This document shows positions 15,153-29,800 of a DNA stretch of 64,000 nt, piece after piece. The position numbers and the translations under genes are program-made. Under the pieces are notes generated by a model. The model was not told where the DNA came from. It did no database searches and saw nothing but the letters and a program-made list of their open reading frames with translations. The DNA is from the human T2T-CHM13v2.0 reference genome, Homo sapiens, in the NCBI RefSeq assembly GCF_009914755.1, contig NC_060935.1. The stretch is one strand, 5' to 3'. Within the stretch, counting starts at the first letter, position 1. Each line of letters opens with the position of its first letter.

Positions 15153-18100
15153 CGCCTTAGCCCCGTGGGACTCTGGACTTCCAAACTCTGAGGACTCAGC
15201 CTTTGGGTTTCCCATGCCTACGTGTTAGGACTTGAGACATAGCAATGGGTGAGTCTTTCTCACCCTCCATTTCTGAAAAGGTGAACTATGGGGCTTCTGG
15301 GAACAGGAAACTCTTGAACGACTAGATTCTTGGCTCATCCAACTGATTGTGGGTCAAGTCCCTGGCTTGGGGCCTTATGTTTGATACTCTCTCATGTCAA
15401 ATGTTTGAACTTTGGGCATGTGCCCTATGGAAGCTTAGTCACAAGAGGCACTAGCTAATCTACAGATTCCTATCCAATGCCACATTTTAATAAATCACCG
15501 GAAGCGGGAGAATGTAGCTCTTATCTTCGGTGACCTCTGCATGTTAACTCTGTTTCTGTGTTAAAGGCAATGCAGGAGTGTGGATTAAGCACCAGACTGT
15601 ATTCTCATTCAACCATGACCGTGCGCATTAAAATCAGTTTGTAAGGGAGACACTGACTCCAGCCAAGAAACCTGAGCCCCTTTTTTTTAGGTTCATATTC
15701 AAAGTCAAATGAACTGGATGAAAGTCAGTACCAATGGCTGTGCCTATAAATAGACCTGATTCTTTGTTTCCCTCGTCAATTAAACAAAGGCCAAGAAAGA
15801 GAGAAGATGAGAGGGAATGGTGGATTTGCGTTGACAGATTTTTTAAAAGGTGTTGCCATTTTGGAAATAAAAGTCCCCTACAAGTTAGGATCTAACTGAA
15901 AGAGAATCGGTGCTAAGAGCTTTTAGGATCCTACAAAAGAAACACAGTTATTTGTGAAGGTTTTTCTTTGCCTTGTTTTGAAGGTGGCCTGAGAATGGAG
16001 CTTCTCTTTTTCTTGGGATAATAGATACATCAACTTTTACAAGAAAATCTCTGTCTCTTCAACAATGATGTCCAGTGTGTGCTGCTGAGTGGTACAAAAG
16101 GAAATAGTACTTGATTCCTGTTAGAAACAGGAGTGGTAGAACCACAGTCTTCCCAGGCCGCAGCCTCTGTTTATAGAAGCTTCTGAATGTAGAAAAGCTG
16201 TTGAATTTCATTTAAATGTAAATAACCTTTTAAAAAGCGTATGGAGTTAGCCAGTTCCCCCTAGTTAATGGACATAGGAAGACATTTGCTGAAATGGTAG
16301 GGTGGCCACTTTGTGACCATGATGTTGCAAGTTGCCCTCCCTGGCATGGTGAGTTGGCTTCCAGAGCTGTGGGTAGAGGACATCGCCTCACGGCACTGAG
16401 GCACCAGCCGCTGCCTACCCATCAATGCAAGCAAAACAGCTACTGACTTTGTGTAGCAGGGAGATTGGGGACTCTGGTTCCCTCGCCAAGTGTGGCAGCC
16501 TGTGCAGTGTTGGGGGCTTACTTGGTATCTGTTGGAGAATGAGGTCCTGTCCTGCTTTCACCCATGACCCATCTAGCTTCAGCTGTATCCATTTTCTTCT
16601 GAGCCCATCTTCCATTGTCCTCAACGAGTTTCTTTGGTCTTTACTGAAAGAAGATAGTAGAAATTTAAAAGTTGAGAGAAGACTAGAAATGGAACTGATT
16701 AGAAGGGGAGGTTCAAACTGTCAATGCACAGACTTTTCAAAGAAGTTGTTTATATTTTCCAATGGCAAACTGCCCTTTCTGGAATGTTCAGAGATGATGT
16801 GTCATGGAACCTTCAAACAAGTCTCTTGTTCGGATGATAATAGGTAGTGTCCTTTTAGTATGCTGGTTGATCTTTCATAGTGTTAGTGTTTTGTTACTTA
16901 AAAAGGAAATCAGCTATAAATAAAATGTATTTTTGTAATTCCCGTGTGTATATATGGTATATTTCTATCAATGGCCAGTTGTTGTAGTCCAAAACCTAAA
17001 TCAGTTTGCAAAACACTGTGGACAGTGCGAGATTTTATTGACAGGTTAACACAATGCCTACGTCTATCCACATAGGCATTCAATGCACTTGAATGAACAA
17101 AGAGCCAAAGAAACTCAGCCTGTTCATGCAAATGGTATGAGTCTGATAAAATCAGCTACATTGTCCTGCTTTATCAATAATAATATTTCATTAGTGCAAT
17201 GATATCAACCAGTACTTTGTCTACTTGGTAAATGCCTGGAAATACTGTATGTGAAAATGATGTTTCAAGATCTTACTGTAATTGAAGTATACGTAAATGT
17301 TTCAGAAGACAGTGTCTGAAATTTGGCTGTTTCAATGACTTACAGAGACTGAGTCTACAGTTTGCAGAGCTATGGCTCCAGAGTGCTAAGAGGGTGGAGT
17401 CACAAATCACTGTGGTCTTTACAGAGCCCCAGGAAATACTGAGTGAGTCAACTGAGACGACTAAAAAGATAGCATGCTAAATCAGATACTGTCTTAAACT
17501 AGACACCATGGGTTCAAGAATAGTATTAATAGATGAGAGGAAAACCTTAAGTTGGAAAGAAATCAGTCTGTTCATGTTATCCCACTCATGGGGAGACAGA
17601 GCCACTCTGGTCAGATTTTCTGTGAGTGAGATGTGGTCCCTTCCCTGAAGAATCTCCTAACCTCATAGAGGTGAGAGAGATGACTGGACAGCTGACTCTA
17701 AGAGATGGTCAAAAGTGCCTCAAGGAATTGAAATAAGGTTCCCAGAGAGCCCTGAGGAGGCAGCAAGGAACAAACACCCTGTTCATCAGAACCCTCTAGA
17801 TAGTCACAGAAGCCACAAAAGGACCTTGGTTGACCTTGGAGGAGGAAGCAGAAGTACCACGAAGTGGAGTGACCGGCCCAGTGATTCAGTCCCAACCTCC
17901 TGGTTCACGAACCTGCTTGCTTTCCATCTCGCCATGTGGCCTGCAGGCTTGTCAGTAACACATTTCTTTAGCTGTGCCTAGAGGTTTAAAAAAAAGATAA
18001 GGGTCATATGAAGAACTCCATAATGTTCTTGCCAAGAAAAAAGATGATTGAGTATATAACGAACTTCAGATACAGTGTATAGAGGATGATGCATTTGTGG

Positions 18101-18581
18101 CATAATAAATAGTTTTCAGTGCTGGTTTTGATATGAGTTTTCTGCATTCATGAAAAAGAAATGCATTTTGGCTTTTTCCAGAAAGAGTACCATCAAGGAA
18201 ACGGAGACCTCAACTGCTGTTCTAGACTGTGGGGGTGCATTCCTGTCTCAGCACCAAGGATCCCAACAGGCAGGCAGGGAGGCCCTTGACTTTGTGTCAC
18301 TGTGAGGCAGCAGAGTCCATGCTCTGCATCAGGGGAGGTGCAGTAAAGGTCCATTGTGTGGCTTGAGACCTATGATCTGAGGCTTGTGCATAATAAGATG
18401 GCAGCTGTTACCTACAGAGCAAGGAGTTTCCTCTTTCAGGGTAGATTATGTAAGAATCAATTCCCTGGTCCCAGGAGAAGTTTTATTGTGAGTTTGTTAA
18501 TTTAATTTAAGAACTCACTCAGCAGAAGGACATGTAATGTCTGAGTAATCTTGATGGAAGAAAGGAAATAGATCTGTGATT

Positions 18582-18631
<50 letters not shown>

Positions 18632-21105
18632 ACTTCGGAGAGAGAATGTAGAATGGAGGAGGTGAGGAATTTAACTAATAGAGATGCTTTTTCTAACAGG
18701 CAGAAATTAGAGAAATGGATCAAAAGATTTAAACATTGATTACATATAAACGAGTTTCCTTTTTTTCTACATAGCACACAGGTGCTCAACATTTAATGAA
18801 TAATATAACAGATACTGTCTTAAAAGTTTAAAAACAGGATTTGTACTTAATCCTAAATTCCTCTTATCACACACCAGAAAATAATTTGGATTTTATTTAC
18901 AAACTACATCCAAATACTCTTAAGGAAAGAGTGTCATTTAGCTTGGAGTAGGGACTGACTGGGGTCTAAGTGTTGGAAATTAAATTCTGCCATTCAGTCC
19001 AACCTCAAAGGTCTTCCAGGCAAGGAGTTTTGCAAGGACTAGAAACCCTTTCACACTTGAAGTGCAGGTGTTGGCTGAAAGAATAGAGGGACATTTCACA
19101 AACACAGAACACGGCTCCCCTACAGGAAAGGGATGGAGACAGCTACCTTTGCTCTTGCTCTCACATTCTCTGTCCTCATGGACTTTCTTCTCTGTTTCCC
19201 TCTGCCTATCTATCTGCCTGGTTCTCTTGCTTCTCCTGGCCAACCAGCTTTCTCATTAGTGCATATGTAGCTGAAAAATCCACCCCTCAAGAACCCACTC
19301 CACACAACCTTTCCTTTTCAGTACCCACCACGCTCTGACTAGCATCTCTGTGACGCCTAAGGCAAATTTTTGAGGATCTGATTGGTTTAGTTCATCTGCC
19401 TATGGGTGAGCCACCCTGGGGTCAGGTGCCTGTCCAATCACCTGTTACCAAGGAGGCAGGGCCGTGTCATTTAAGCATGGCCCCATGGACTGACCCTTTC
19501 AGCAGGGACTTTTATTGGGGGCTGGTACCCAGAAGAAGGAGCATGAGTGGGCAAGACCTTCAAAAAGAACCTACTACACACTGGAACTGACTAGTACTCC
19601 TGGGATGCCATGCCACGCAGCAGCCAGCACTCGGAGAGCAGTCCCCTGGATACTACCACACAGAGAAAAGGGGCATCTTCACTTGCACATCAGGTGAGGG
19701 TGCACACACTTGAAACTCTGCTAGACTGGCCAGAGCTGCCCCAGCCACTTCTCACCCCACCACCAGTTATTGATACAGCCGCTGGGTCTAGGAAGCGATT
19801 TCTGAACAAGGCCCAGTTAGCACAATGTCTTGCTCAGCAGACAATAAATACTTGTAAATTGAATTGCATGATCTTAGCTCAGGTGCTACTAATGTGGCTC
19901 ACGGCCACACACTTGCATGGATAAGAAAACCAATGAGCCCCTCAACAGAGTCTTTTGAAACAAAATTGGTTTCAAGTGAAACTTACATTATTTTTTGGCT
20001 GTGACCTTCTGAATATAATAACTTAGTGTCCTGAGAATTGAAAGGCCTCTTGATTTCTTAGGTGAACTGTTACAGAATCCTAGCCTGTGGTAAATGCTAA
20101 AATGTAAGGCGTTTCTGAGAAGGAATATTTAGGAAATATAATTGTGCCACACACACATTACTTTAGAAGATATGCAGTTGCTCTGATTCTGCAGGTTTAA
20201 AAAAAATGGGAAGTTTGTGATATGGCAGAATCTGTCTCCATTGGTCAAACCATACTTCAGTGAGAGCCATTATAAGTGAAATCTAAAAATTGATCGTTTT
20301 CATTCTCTGACTTTGGTCAGACTTTTGCAAATTATGGAGAGAGGCCATCAACATATTTTACATAAATTACTGTGGCCCCATCTTATTTCTCCTCATTTCT
20401 TCCTTATGTTTAAACACGCCCCCATCTCACACACAAACTGAGAAAAGATTTGTATCAAACAGAATCAGAGGCATATGAATGGACTGGAAATTGTGAAAAA
20501 GGTATAAATATCCTAGACCTTGATCAACTCACTTTAAACTGGTCTCTGATTCCTCATCTGTCAAATGAGTATAAGACCCTCTGTACTTCCCATGGTGATT
20601 TTGAGGAGCACATGCATAATGTATCTGAAAATGGCTTGACAAGCACTTGAAGCCATTCTTACTAAATTATTAGTTTTGTAATTCGGTTTTATCCAGGAAA
20701 ATATTTTAGCTCCTCCTATCTGCTGAATTAATTTATACAGTCACATGTTCCATGACACCATGTTTTGCCAAGGAAAAATAAAGAAATTCCTAAATTTGAA
20801 ATTGCCCACAAGATCTAGCCTCATCTGGAGTTGCTGTTATTGTCCTTGTTGTCTATGATTTGGAGGATATGTAAGTACTTGTACATGTGCTTTAACTCTG
20901 GGTGAAAAACCCCAACCGGTGAGTCTTTAAAACCATATTAGACACATTGGGCAAAGTACTGAGCAGAAGCTTTGAATGTAGCTGTTGTTATTTTAATGCT
21001 TCGCTTTCTAATGAACTTTGTACGTCCTTAGCCTCTGCCGGGAACAGAGTGTTCATATGCTGTTAGAATTTTTTATTGTAAAATAAAATGACAAAGGCTT
21101 TCATA
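15153..21105 (+). other. KIAA1549L: KIAA1549L long 3'UTR with alternative poly(A) signals
   Basis: Alu-free stretch after the stop; AATAAA at 15489, 15866, 16919 and 21082 (the last preceded by U-rich/TGTA and followed by a U-rich tract). Confidence 0.7.
18585..18628. repeat. (AC)22 microsatellite in KIAA1549L 3'UTR
   Basis: Direct reading. Confidence 0.97.
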
Positions 21106-22654
21106 CCCCAAAACCTGCCTGTTTCTCATTCTACCTCCTCCAGATGGTGAGATGGAATCCCTTTCACAAGCCAGCCACAAAACAGTGCCTGTTGGGGGTT
21201 GCTAAAGAGCCATTCCAGTCCTGGAGACCACATTCCAGTGTGGTCTCAGGAGCCATCCCAGCTTGGGTGATGAGCTCATGGGCCAAAAAAATGCTCACCC
21301 CTGGCCATCCACAGGCCTCAGAGAAGCAGTTTCAGCCTACCCATGACTTAGCAGCTAAAGAAAGATGTATTCCTGGGGCCAACAGGACCCAAGGGAGAAG
21401 AAGCCAATGTCCACTTAGGTGCCATTCTCAGAGCATAAAGAAGTCTCATCCAGGTCAGTGGCTCCCAAGGAGTCCAAGAATGACAGTGGTATGGGACACC
21501 AGCTCCCCAGACCACCCATCTGTCCTACCCTATGTGAGTCCCAGCAGTCCTGATGCCTGCCTTATGTTCAGCCCTATCCAGAGAACATATGTGGTGCCGC
21601 CTGCTCTGCCCTCTGGCTTCCGCCTATTGGACAGGAGAGATATCGACCCAGGAGTCACAAGCTCACAGGCTGACCAGCCACAAAAATGTGGCTCAACACA
21701 TGGGCTAGGCCAACTGGATTCTCTCTCTAGGAAATACCAAGAGACAGAGTCTGTTATCAGTAGATGTTGAAATTGGGTGGTCAAGACTCAGAGAGGCCAT
21801 GATGGACCATATTCAAAGCAAAGTTCTAAGAAGGCAGAATATTGAGTAAGAAGTGGCCTTGAGGCCAAGGAGATTTCAAAGGTAAGAAAGCCTGTCTCTT
21901 GTAATGAAAACAGACAAACCAACCAATTTCTGAGGCATCCCTGTGCCCTGGTGGTCAGTCACAACCCTGGGACTCTTATGGATCCATTGAGCTTGGGCAG
22001 CAACATGGTGCTGCTTCTCACTGAAGCCTAATTTGCTCCAGTTCTCTCCATGTACTTAGAAAGTACTTAAGAGACTGGAGGAGCAACTTTTTTACTCCAC
22101 TCTCTGCTTCTCTGTAAAGAGGACTCAAATACGCACAAAAGACATTTCCAAAGCCACTATCTTGCTACAGTGAGAAATAAACTTGGAGCCCCTATGAAAT
22201 GCTTTTTGTGAGGCTCACCGTGGGGTGAAGGCCATTGCAGAGAATAGTACAAGTAGGTCCAAGAACTGATGGGTTCCCTACTCTTCCATTTTTTTTCCTT
22301 CCTCCTGGACCCTGGTTGCTCTTGGCTTTCAAGGCAAATGAAATAATCAAGTAAAAGGAAGTGGTGGTGCCTATGTCAGTACCAGGAGTAGGAGGCAGAC
22401 ACAGGCACAGGAAGCTGGAAAAGGCATATTGCAAGCCCAGCTTCGCCTTGCTAAGTCTCCATCATAAACAGGAGAACATACTTCTTCCAAAGGACATTCT
22501 GTAGACTTCTGAGTAAATGTCATGCATCCAACTCATGAGCTCTGCTGGCCACTAGAAACCAGAAAGAATGTGCCTACGAAGGAGTGTGGAACCAAGTAAT
22601 GGAAACATCGTTGAGGGTCAACCACTGGTAAAGTGTACACGGATGAGTAGTAGG

Positions 22655-22979
22655 TGCTACAGACTGCATGTTTGTGTCACCCCCACTCCCCAGTTCATGT
22701 CTTAAAACCTAATCCCCAATGTGAAGGTATCTGGAGGTGGGGTCTTTGGGAGTTGATTAGGTCATGAACCTTCATTAATGAGATTAGTGCTGTTATATGT
22801 AATAAAGGCCCCAAAGAGACCCCTCATCTCTTCTGCCATCTATGAACCAGGAAGCGGGTCCTCACAGACACCAAATCTGCTGGTACCTTGAATTTGGACT
22901 TCCCAGATTAGAACTGTGAGAAATAAGTTACCATCCAGTTTATGGTATTTTGTTATAGCAGCCTGAACAGACTAAGACA
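22655..22979 (+). mobile_element. MLT1A-type MaLR LTR
   Basis: tgctacagactg...ttgttatagcagcctgaacagactaagaca. Confidence 0.8.
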
Positions 22980-23864
22980 GTAAGAAACAATTGCTTTGGG
23001 TCTCTCTGTAACCACTTGGAGGTATGGTTATGATCAACACTGGCTTGCACAGTTCAGCACTTCATTTTTAACATTTCAGTGTTAATATTTGCACATGCAC
23101 AAACTCACATTTGGGCAGAGGCCATGGGACTCATTGGAATTGAAATAGTCTCATTAGCGTAACAGTTTCACCACCAATCTGTCCCCCAAGCCCCTGGACT
23201 CTGATGAATCTTCACTCAACATATATGAGAGCTTGCTTTTTCTTTTGGTGCCCACTTCATCACTCAGCTCCTCAGTCCTGGTGGGAGAGGCCTTTGGGAG
23301 ACCTACAGGTCCTGTGAAAGCCACACCCCTTGAGGCTGTATCCCCATGATGTCAACACAACCCAGTGAAAAATCAGGCAACCACCAGATGCCTTGCCTAG
23401 GGAAGCTTTGAGAACAGCTGGATTTGGGGCACAGGATCTCCCAATAGGCTGGATGTTGCACTGGATTTCTCATGGTTTATCCTACTCTGCTGGGATTGGG
23501 AGACAAAGCCAGGGGCTGATTGCATGCCCCTTGGGATGTCCATTTTCTAGGTCAAGTTTCAGCAGCATCAAGAGAGGTTCTGGACAGTCTTACAACTAGG
23601 AAAACAAAGGGCCAGAATGCCCAAGTTGCTTCATGTATTAATGTTCAGGGGCTTTGGGAACTAGAAGTTTGCTTCTCTGTGAGATTTTATCCCTAAAACT
23701 GGTTGGTCCTGAACACACTTTGTGTGCCACAGTGACCAACTCTTTTAGAATGGGTCCAGGTAAAAGAGAACCAAAGGCTGAGACCAGAAACCAGATGCCA
23801 CAACTGAGAAGGCATTAGCCCTGGAGAAGTGGGCATGCATATCTGGGTATGGTTTTATCCTGTT

Positions 23865-26800
23865 TTTTATTATTTCCATAGGTTTTTGGGGAACAGGTAG
23901 TATTTGCTTACATAAGTTCTTTAGTGGTTTGTGAGATTTTGGTGCGCCTGTCACCCAAGCAGTATACACTGAACCCAGTTTGTAGCCTTTTTCCCCTCAC
24001 CCCCTTCCCACCCTTTCCTCATGAGTCCTTGAAGTCTATTGTATCATCCTTATGCCTTTGCATTCTCATAGCTTAGCTCCCACTTACGAGTGAGAACATA
24101 CAATGTTCGGTTTTTCATTCCTGAGTTACTTCGCTTAGAATAATAGTCTCCAATCCCATCTTGTTTGCTGCAAATGCCATTAATTCATTGCTTTTTATGG
24201 CTGAGTAGTATTCCATTATACATATATACCACAATTTCTTTATCCACTCATTGATTGATGGGCATTTGGGCTAGTTCCACATTTTTGTAATTACAAATTG
24301 TGCTGCTATAAACATGCGTGTGCAAGTATCTTTTTTGTATAATGACTTCTTTTCCTCTGGGTAGATACCCATTAGTGGATCAAATGGTAGTTCTGCTTTT
24401 AGATCTTTAAAGAATCTCCAGACTGTTTTCCATAGTGGTTGTACTGGTTTACATTCCTACCAGCAGTGTAGAAGTGTTCCCTTGTCAGCACATCCATGCC
24501 AACATCTATTTTTTTTTTTTTTGATAATGGTCATTCTTGAGGGAGTAGGGTGGTATCACATTGTGGTTTTGATTTGCATTTCTGTGATCATTAGTTATGT
24601 TGAGCATTTTTTCATATGTTTGATGGCCATTTGTATATCTTATTTTGAGCAATTTCTATTCATGCTCTTAGCCCACTTTTTGATGGGATTGTTTATTTCT
24701 TGCTAATTTGTTAGAGTTCCTTGTAGATTCTGGATATTATTCCTTTGTCAGGTGTATAGATTGTGAAGATTTTCCCCCACTCTGTGGGTTGTCTGTTTAC
24801 TCTGCTGACTGTTCCTTTTGCTCTGCAAAAGCTCTTTAGTTTAATTTAAAGTCCCAAGTATGTATCTTTGTTTTGTTTTTGTTGCATTTGCTTTTGGGTT
24901 CTTTTGGTCATGAAACCTTTGCCTAAGCCAATGTCTAGAAGGGTTTTTCCAATGTTATCTTCTAGAATTTGTATAGTTTTAGGTCTTAGATTTAAGTCCT
25001 TGATCCATCTGGAGTTGACTTTTGTACAAGGTGAGAGATGAGGATCCAGTTTCATTCTCCTACATGTGGCTTGCCAATTATCCCAGCACCATTTGTTGAA
25101 TAGGGTGTCCTTTCCCCACTTTATGTTTTTGTTTGCTTTGTTGAAGATCAGTTGGCTGTAAGTATTTGGATTTATTTCTTGGTTCTCTGTTCTGTTCCAC
25201 TGGTCTATGTGCCTATTTTTATACCAGTACCATGCTGTTTTGGTGACTGTGGCTTTATAATATAGTTTGAAATCAGGTAATGTGATGCCTCCAGATTTGT
25301 TCTTTTTGCTTAGTCTTGCTTTGGCTAGGTAGACTCTTTTCAGTTCCATGTGAATTTTAGGAATGTTTTTTCTAGTTCTGTGAAGAATGATGGTGGTATT
25401 TTGATGGGAATTGCATTGAATTTATAGATTGCTTTTGGCAATATGATTATTTTCACAATGTTAATTTTACCCATCCATGAGCATGACATGTGTTTTCCAT
25501 TTGTTTGTGTCTATGATTTCTTTCAGCAGTGTTTTGTAGTTGTCCTTGCAGAGGTCTTTCACCTCCTTGGTTAGATATATTCCTAAGTATTTTATTTTAT
25601 TTGTAAAAAAGAAAAGCTTATTGTAAAAAAAGGTTGAGTTCTTCATTTGATTCTTAGCTTGATCACTGTTGGTGTATAGCAGAGCTACTGACTTGTGTAC
25701 ATTAACTTTGTATCCTGAAACTTTGCTGAATTCATTAATCAGTTCTAGGAGCTTTTTGGAGGAGTCTTTAGGGTTTTCTAGGTATACAGTCATACCATGA
25801 GCAAACAGCAACAGTTTGACTTCCTCTTTAGTGATTTGAATGCCCTTTATTTTTTTTCTCTTGCCTGATTGCTCTGACTAGGACTTCCAATACTACGTTG
25901 AATAGAAGTGGTGAGAGTGGGCATCCTTGTCTTGTTCCAGTTCTCAGAGGGAATGCTTTCAACTTTTCCCAGTTCAGTATTATGTTGGCTGTGGGTTGTG
26001 ATAGATGGCTTTTATTTCATTGAGGTATGTCCCTTGTATGCCGATTTTGCTGAGAGTTGTAATCATAAAAGTGATGCTGGATTTTGTCACATGCTTTTTC
26101 TGTGTCTATTGAGATGATCATGTGATGTGATTTTTGTTGTTAATTGTTTAAGTAGTGTGTCATATTTATTGACTTGCATATGTTAAACTATCCCTACATC
26201 CCTAGTATGAAACCTACTTGATAATGGTGTATTATCCTTTTTGATATGCTGTTGAATTTGGTTAGCTAGTATTTTGGTGGGGATTTTTGCATCTATGTTC
26301 AACAGGAATATTGGTGTGTAATTTTCTTTTTTTGTTATGTCCTTTCCCAGTTTTGGTGTTAGGGTGATACTAGCTTCATAGAATGATTTAGGGAGGATTC
26401 CCTCTTTCTCTATCTTATGGAATAGTGTCAATAGGATTGGTACCAATTCTTCTTTGAATGCCTGGTTTCAGCTGTGAATCCATCTGGTCCTGGACTTTTT
26501 CTGTTGGTATTTTTTTTAATTACCATTTCATTTTCACTGTTTGTTTTGGGTCTCTTCAGGGTTTCTAATTCTTCCTGATTTAAGCTAAGAGAATTGTATC
26601 TTTCCAGGAATTTATGCATCTCCTCTAGGTTTTATAGTTTATGTTCATAAAGGTGTTCATAGTAGCCTTGAATGATCTTTTGTATTTCTGTGGTGTTGGT
26701 TGTAATATCTCCCATTTTGTTTCTAATTGAGCTTATTTGGATCTTCTCTCTTTTTGGTTAATCTTGCTAATGGTCTATCAGTTTTATTTATCTTTTCAAA

Positions 26801-29800
26801 GAACCAGCTTTTTGTTTCATTTATCTTTTGTATTGTTTCTCTTGCTTCAATTTCATTTAGTTCTGCTCTGATCTTTGTTATTTCTTTTCCTCTGCTGGGT
26901 TGGGGTTTGGATTGTTCTTGTTTCTCCAGTTCCATGAGGTGTGACCTTAGATTGTCTATTTGTGCTCTTTCAGACTTTTTGATGTAGGCGTTTAATGCTA
27001 TGAAGTTTCCTCTTAGCATCACTTTTGCTGTGTCTCAAAAGTTTTGATAGGTTGTGTCACTATTATTGTTCAGTTCAAAGAACTTTTTAATTTCCATCTT
27101 GATTTCATTGTTGACCCAACGATCATTCAAGAGCAGGTTATTTAATTTCCATGTATATATGGTTTTGAGGATTCCATTTGGAGTTGATTTCCAATTTTAT
27201 TGCACTGTGGTCTGAGACAGTACTTGATATAGTTTCAGTTTTCTTAAATTTATTGAGACTTGTTTTGTGACCTATCATATGGTCTATCTTGGAGAAAATT
27301 CCATGCACTGATGAATAGAATGTATATTCTGCAGTTGTTGGGTAGAATGTTCTTAAATATTTGTCAAGTCCATTTGTTCCAGGGTATAGTTTAAATCCAT
27401 TGTTTCTTTGTTGAAGTTCTGTCTTGAAGACCTGTCTAGTGCTGTCAGTGGAGTATTGAAGTCCCCTAGTATTATTGTGTTGCTGTCTATCTCATTTCTT
27501 AGGTCCAGTAGTAATTGTTTTATAAATTTGGGAGCTCTGGTGTTAGGTGCGTATATATTTAGGATTGTGATATTTTCCTGTTGGACAAAGCCTTTTATCA
27601 TTATATAATATCCTGCTTTGTCTTTTTAAACTGCTGTTGCTTTAAAGTTTGTTTTGTCTGATATAAGAATAGCTACTTCTGCTCGCTTTTGGTGTCCATT
27701 TGTGTAGAATGTCTTTTTCCACCTCTACCTTAAGTTTATGTGAGTCTTTATGTGTCAGGTGAGTCTCTTGAAGGCAGCAGGTACTTGGTTGGCGAATTCT
27801 TGTCCATTCTGCAATTCTGTATCTTCTAAGTGGAGCATTTAGGCTATTTGCATTCAACATTAGTATTGAAATGTGAGGTACTATTCCATTCATCATGCTA
27901 TTTGTTGCCTGTATACCTTGGGTTTTTAAAAAAAATTTTTATAGGTCCTGTGAGATTTATGCTTTAAAGAGATTCTGTTTTGATGTGTTTCTGGGATTTG
28001 TTTCAAGATTTAGAGCTCCTTTTAGTAGTTCTTGTAGTGGTGGTTTGGTAGTGGCAAATTCTCTTAGCATTTGTTTGTCTGAAAAAGACTATCATCTTTC
28101 CTTCATTTATGGAGCTTAGTTTCACTGGATACCAAATTCTTGGCTATTTACGGAGGTTGAAGATAGGGTCCCAATCCCTTCTAGCTTGTAGGGTTTCTGC
28201 TGACAAATCTGCTGTTAATCTGATAGGTTTTCCTTTATAGGTTACCTGGTGCTTTTGCCTCACAGCTCTCAAGATTCTTTCCTTCATCTTGACTTTAGAT
28301 AACCTGATGACAGTGTGCCTAGGTGATGATCTTTTGCAGTAAATTTCCCAGGTGTTCTTTGAGCTTCTTGTATTTGGATGTCTAGGTTTCTAGCAAGGCT
28401 GGGGAAGTTTTCCTCAATTATTCCCCCAAATATGTTTTCCAAACTTTTAGATTTCTCTTCTTCCTTAGGAATGCCAATTATTCTTAGGTTTGGTCATTTA
28501 ACATAATCCCAAACTTCTTGGAGGCTTTGTTCATTTTTTAAAAATTCTTTTGTCTTTGTTGGATTGGGTTAAATCAAAAACCTTGTCTTCGAGTCTGAAG
28601 TTCTTTCTGCTGCTTGTTCGATTCTATTGCTGAGATTTTCCGGTACATTTTGCATTTCTCTAAGTGTGTCCTTTATTTCCTGAAGTTGTGATTGTTTTTT
28701 ATTTATGCTATTTCACTGAAGATTTCTTCCCTCATATCTTGTATCATTTTTTTACTTCCTTAAATTGGACTTCATCTTTCTCTGGTGCCTCCTTGATTAG
28801 TTTAATAATCAACCTTCTAAATTCTTTTTTTAGGTAAATCAGGGATTTCTTCTTCATTTGGATCCATTGCAGGTGAGCTAGTGTGACTTTTTGGGGGTGT
28901 TAAAGAACCTTGTTTTGTCATGTTACCAGTATTTTTTTTCCGGGTTCCTTCTCATTTGGGTAGGCTATGTGAGAGGGAAGATCTGGGGCTCAAGGCTGCC
29001 ATGCAGATTCTTTTGTCCCATGGGGTGTTCCCTTGATGTGGTACGCTCCCCCTTTTCCTAGAAATGTGGCTTCCTGAGAGCTGAACTGTAGTGATTATTA
29101 TTTCCCTTCAGGATCTAACCACCCAGCAGGACTACCAGGCCCCGGGCTGGTACTGAGGGGTGTTTGCACAGAATCCTGTGATGTGAACCATCTTCAGGTC
29201 TCTCCATTGTGGATACCAGCACCTGTTCCAGTGGAGGTGGCAGAGGGGGTGAAATGGACTCTGTGAGGGTTCTTAGCTTTGGTGGTTTAATGCACTAGTT
29301 TTGTGCTGGTTGGCCTCCTCCCAGGAAGTGGCGTTTTCAAGACAGCATCAGCTGTGGTAGTAGAGGGAGGATCAAGCAGTGGGCAGGGCCCTAGAACTCC
29401 TAAAAGAATATGCCCTTTCTCTTCTGCTACCAGGGCGGGTAGGAAAGGACCATCAGGTAAGGGCAAGGCTAGGTATGTCTGAGCTCAGACTCTCCTTGGG
29501 TGGGGCTTGCTGCCACTACTATGGGGGATGGAGGTGTGATTCCTATGTCAATGGAGTTATGCTCCCAGGAGGATTATGGCTCCCTCTGCTGTGTCAGGCA
29601 GGTTGTCAGGGAAGTGGGGGAAAGCCAGCAGTTACAGGCCTCACCCAGCTCCTACGCAACCCAAAAGGCCAGTCTCACTCCCACTGTGCACTCCCCCAGC
29701 AGCACCGAACTTGTTTCCAGGCAGTGGATGAGCAAGGCTGAGAACTTGCTCCAGGCTACCAGCCTCCCAGCTGAGAAAACAAGAAGGGCTTTCATGCCTC

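Noticed and set aside
21144-21770. 208 aa ORF just past the KIAA1549L distal poly(A) signal
   Set aside because: No recognisable domain, random-like composition and no promoter; likely a chance ORF
24846-27896. Reverse transcriptase/endonuclease-like ORFs
   Set aside because: Fragments of a dead L1 ORF2, not a novel retroelement system
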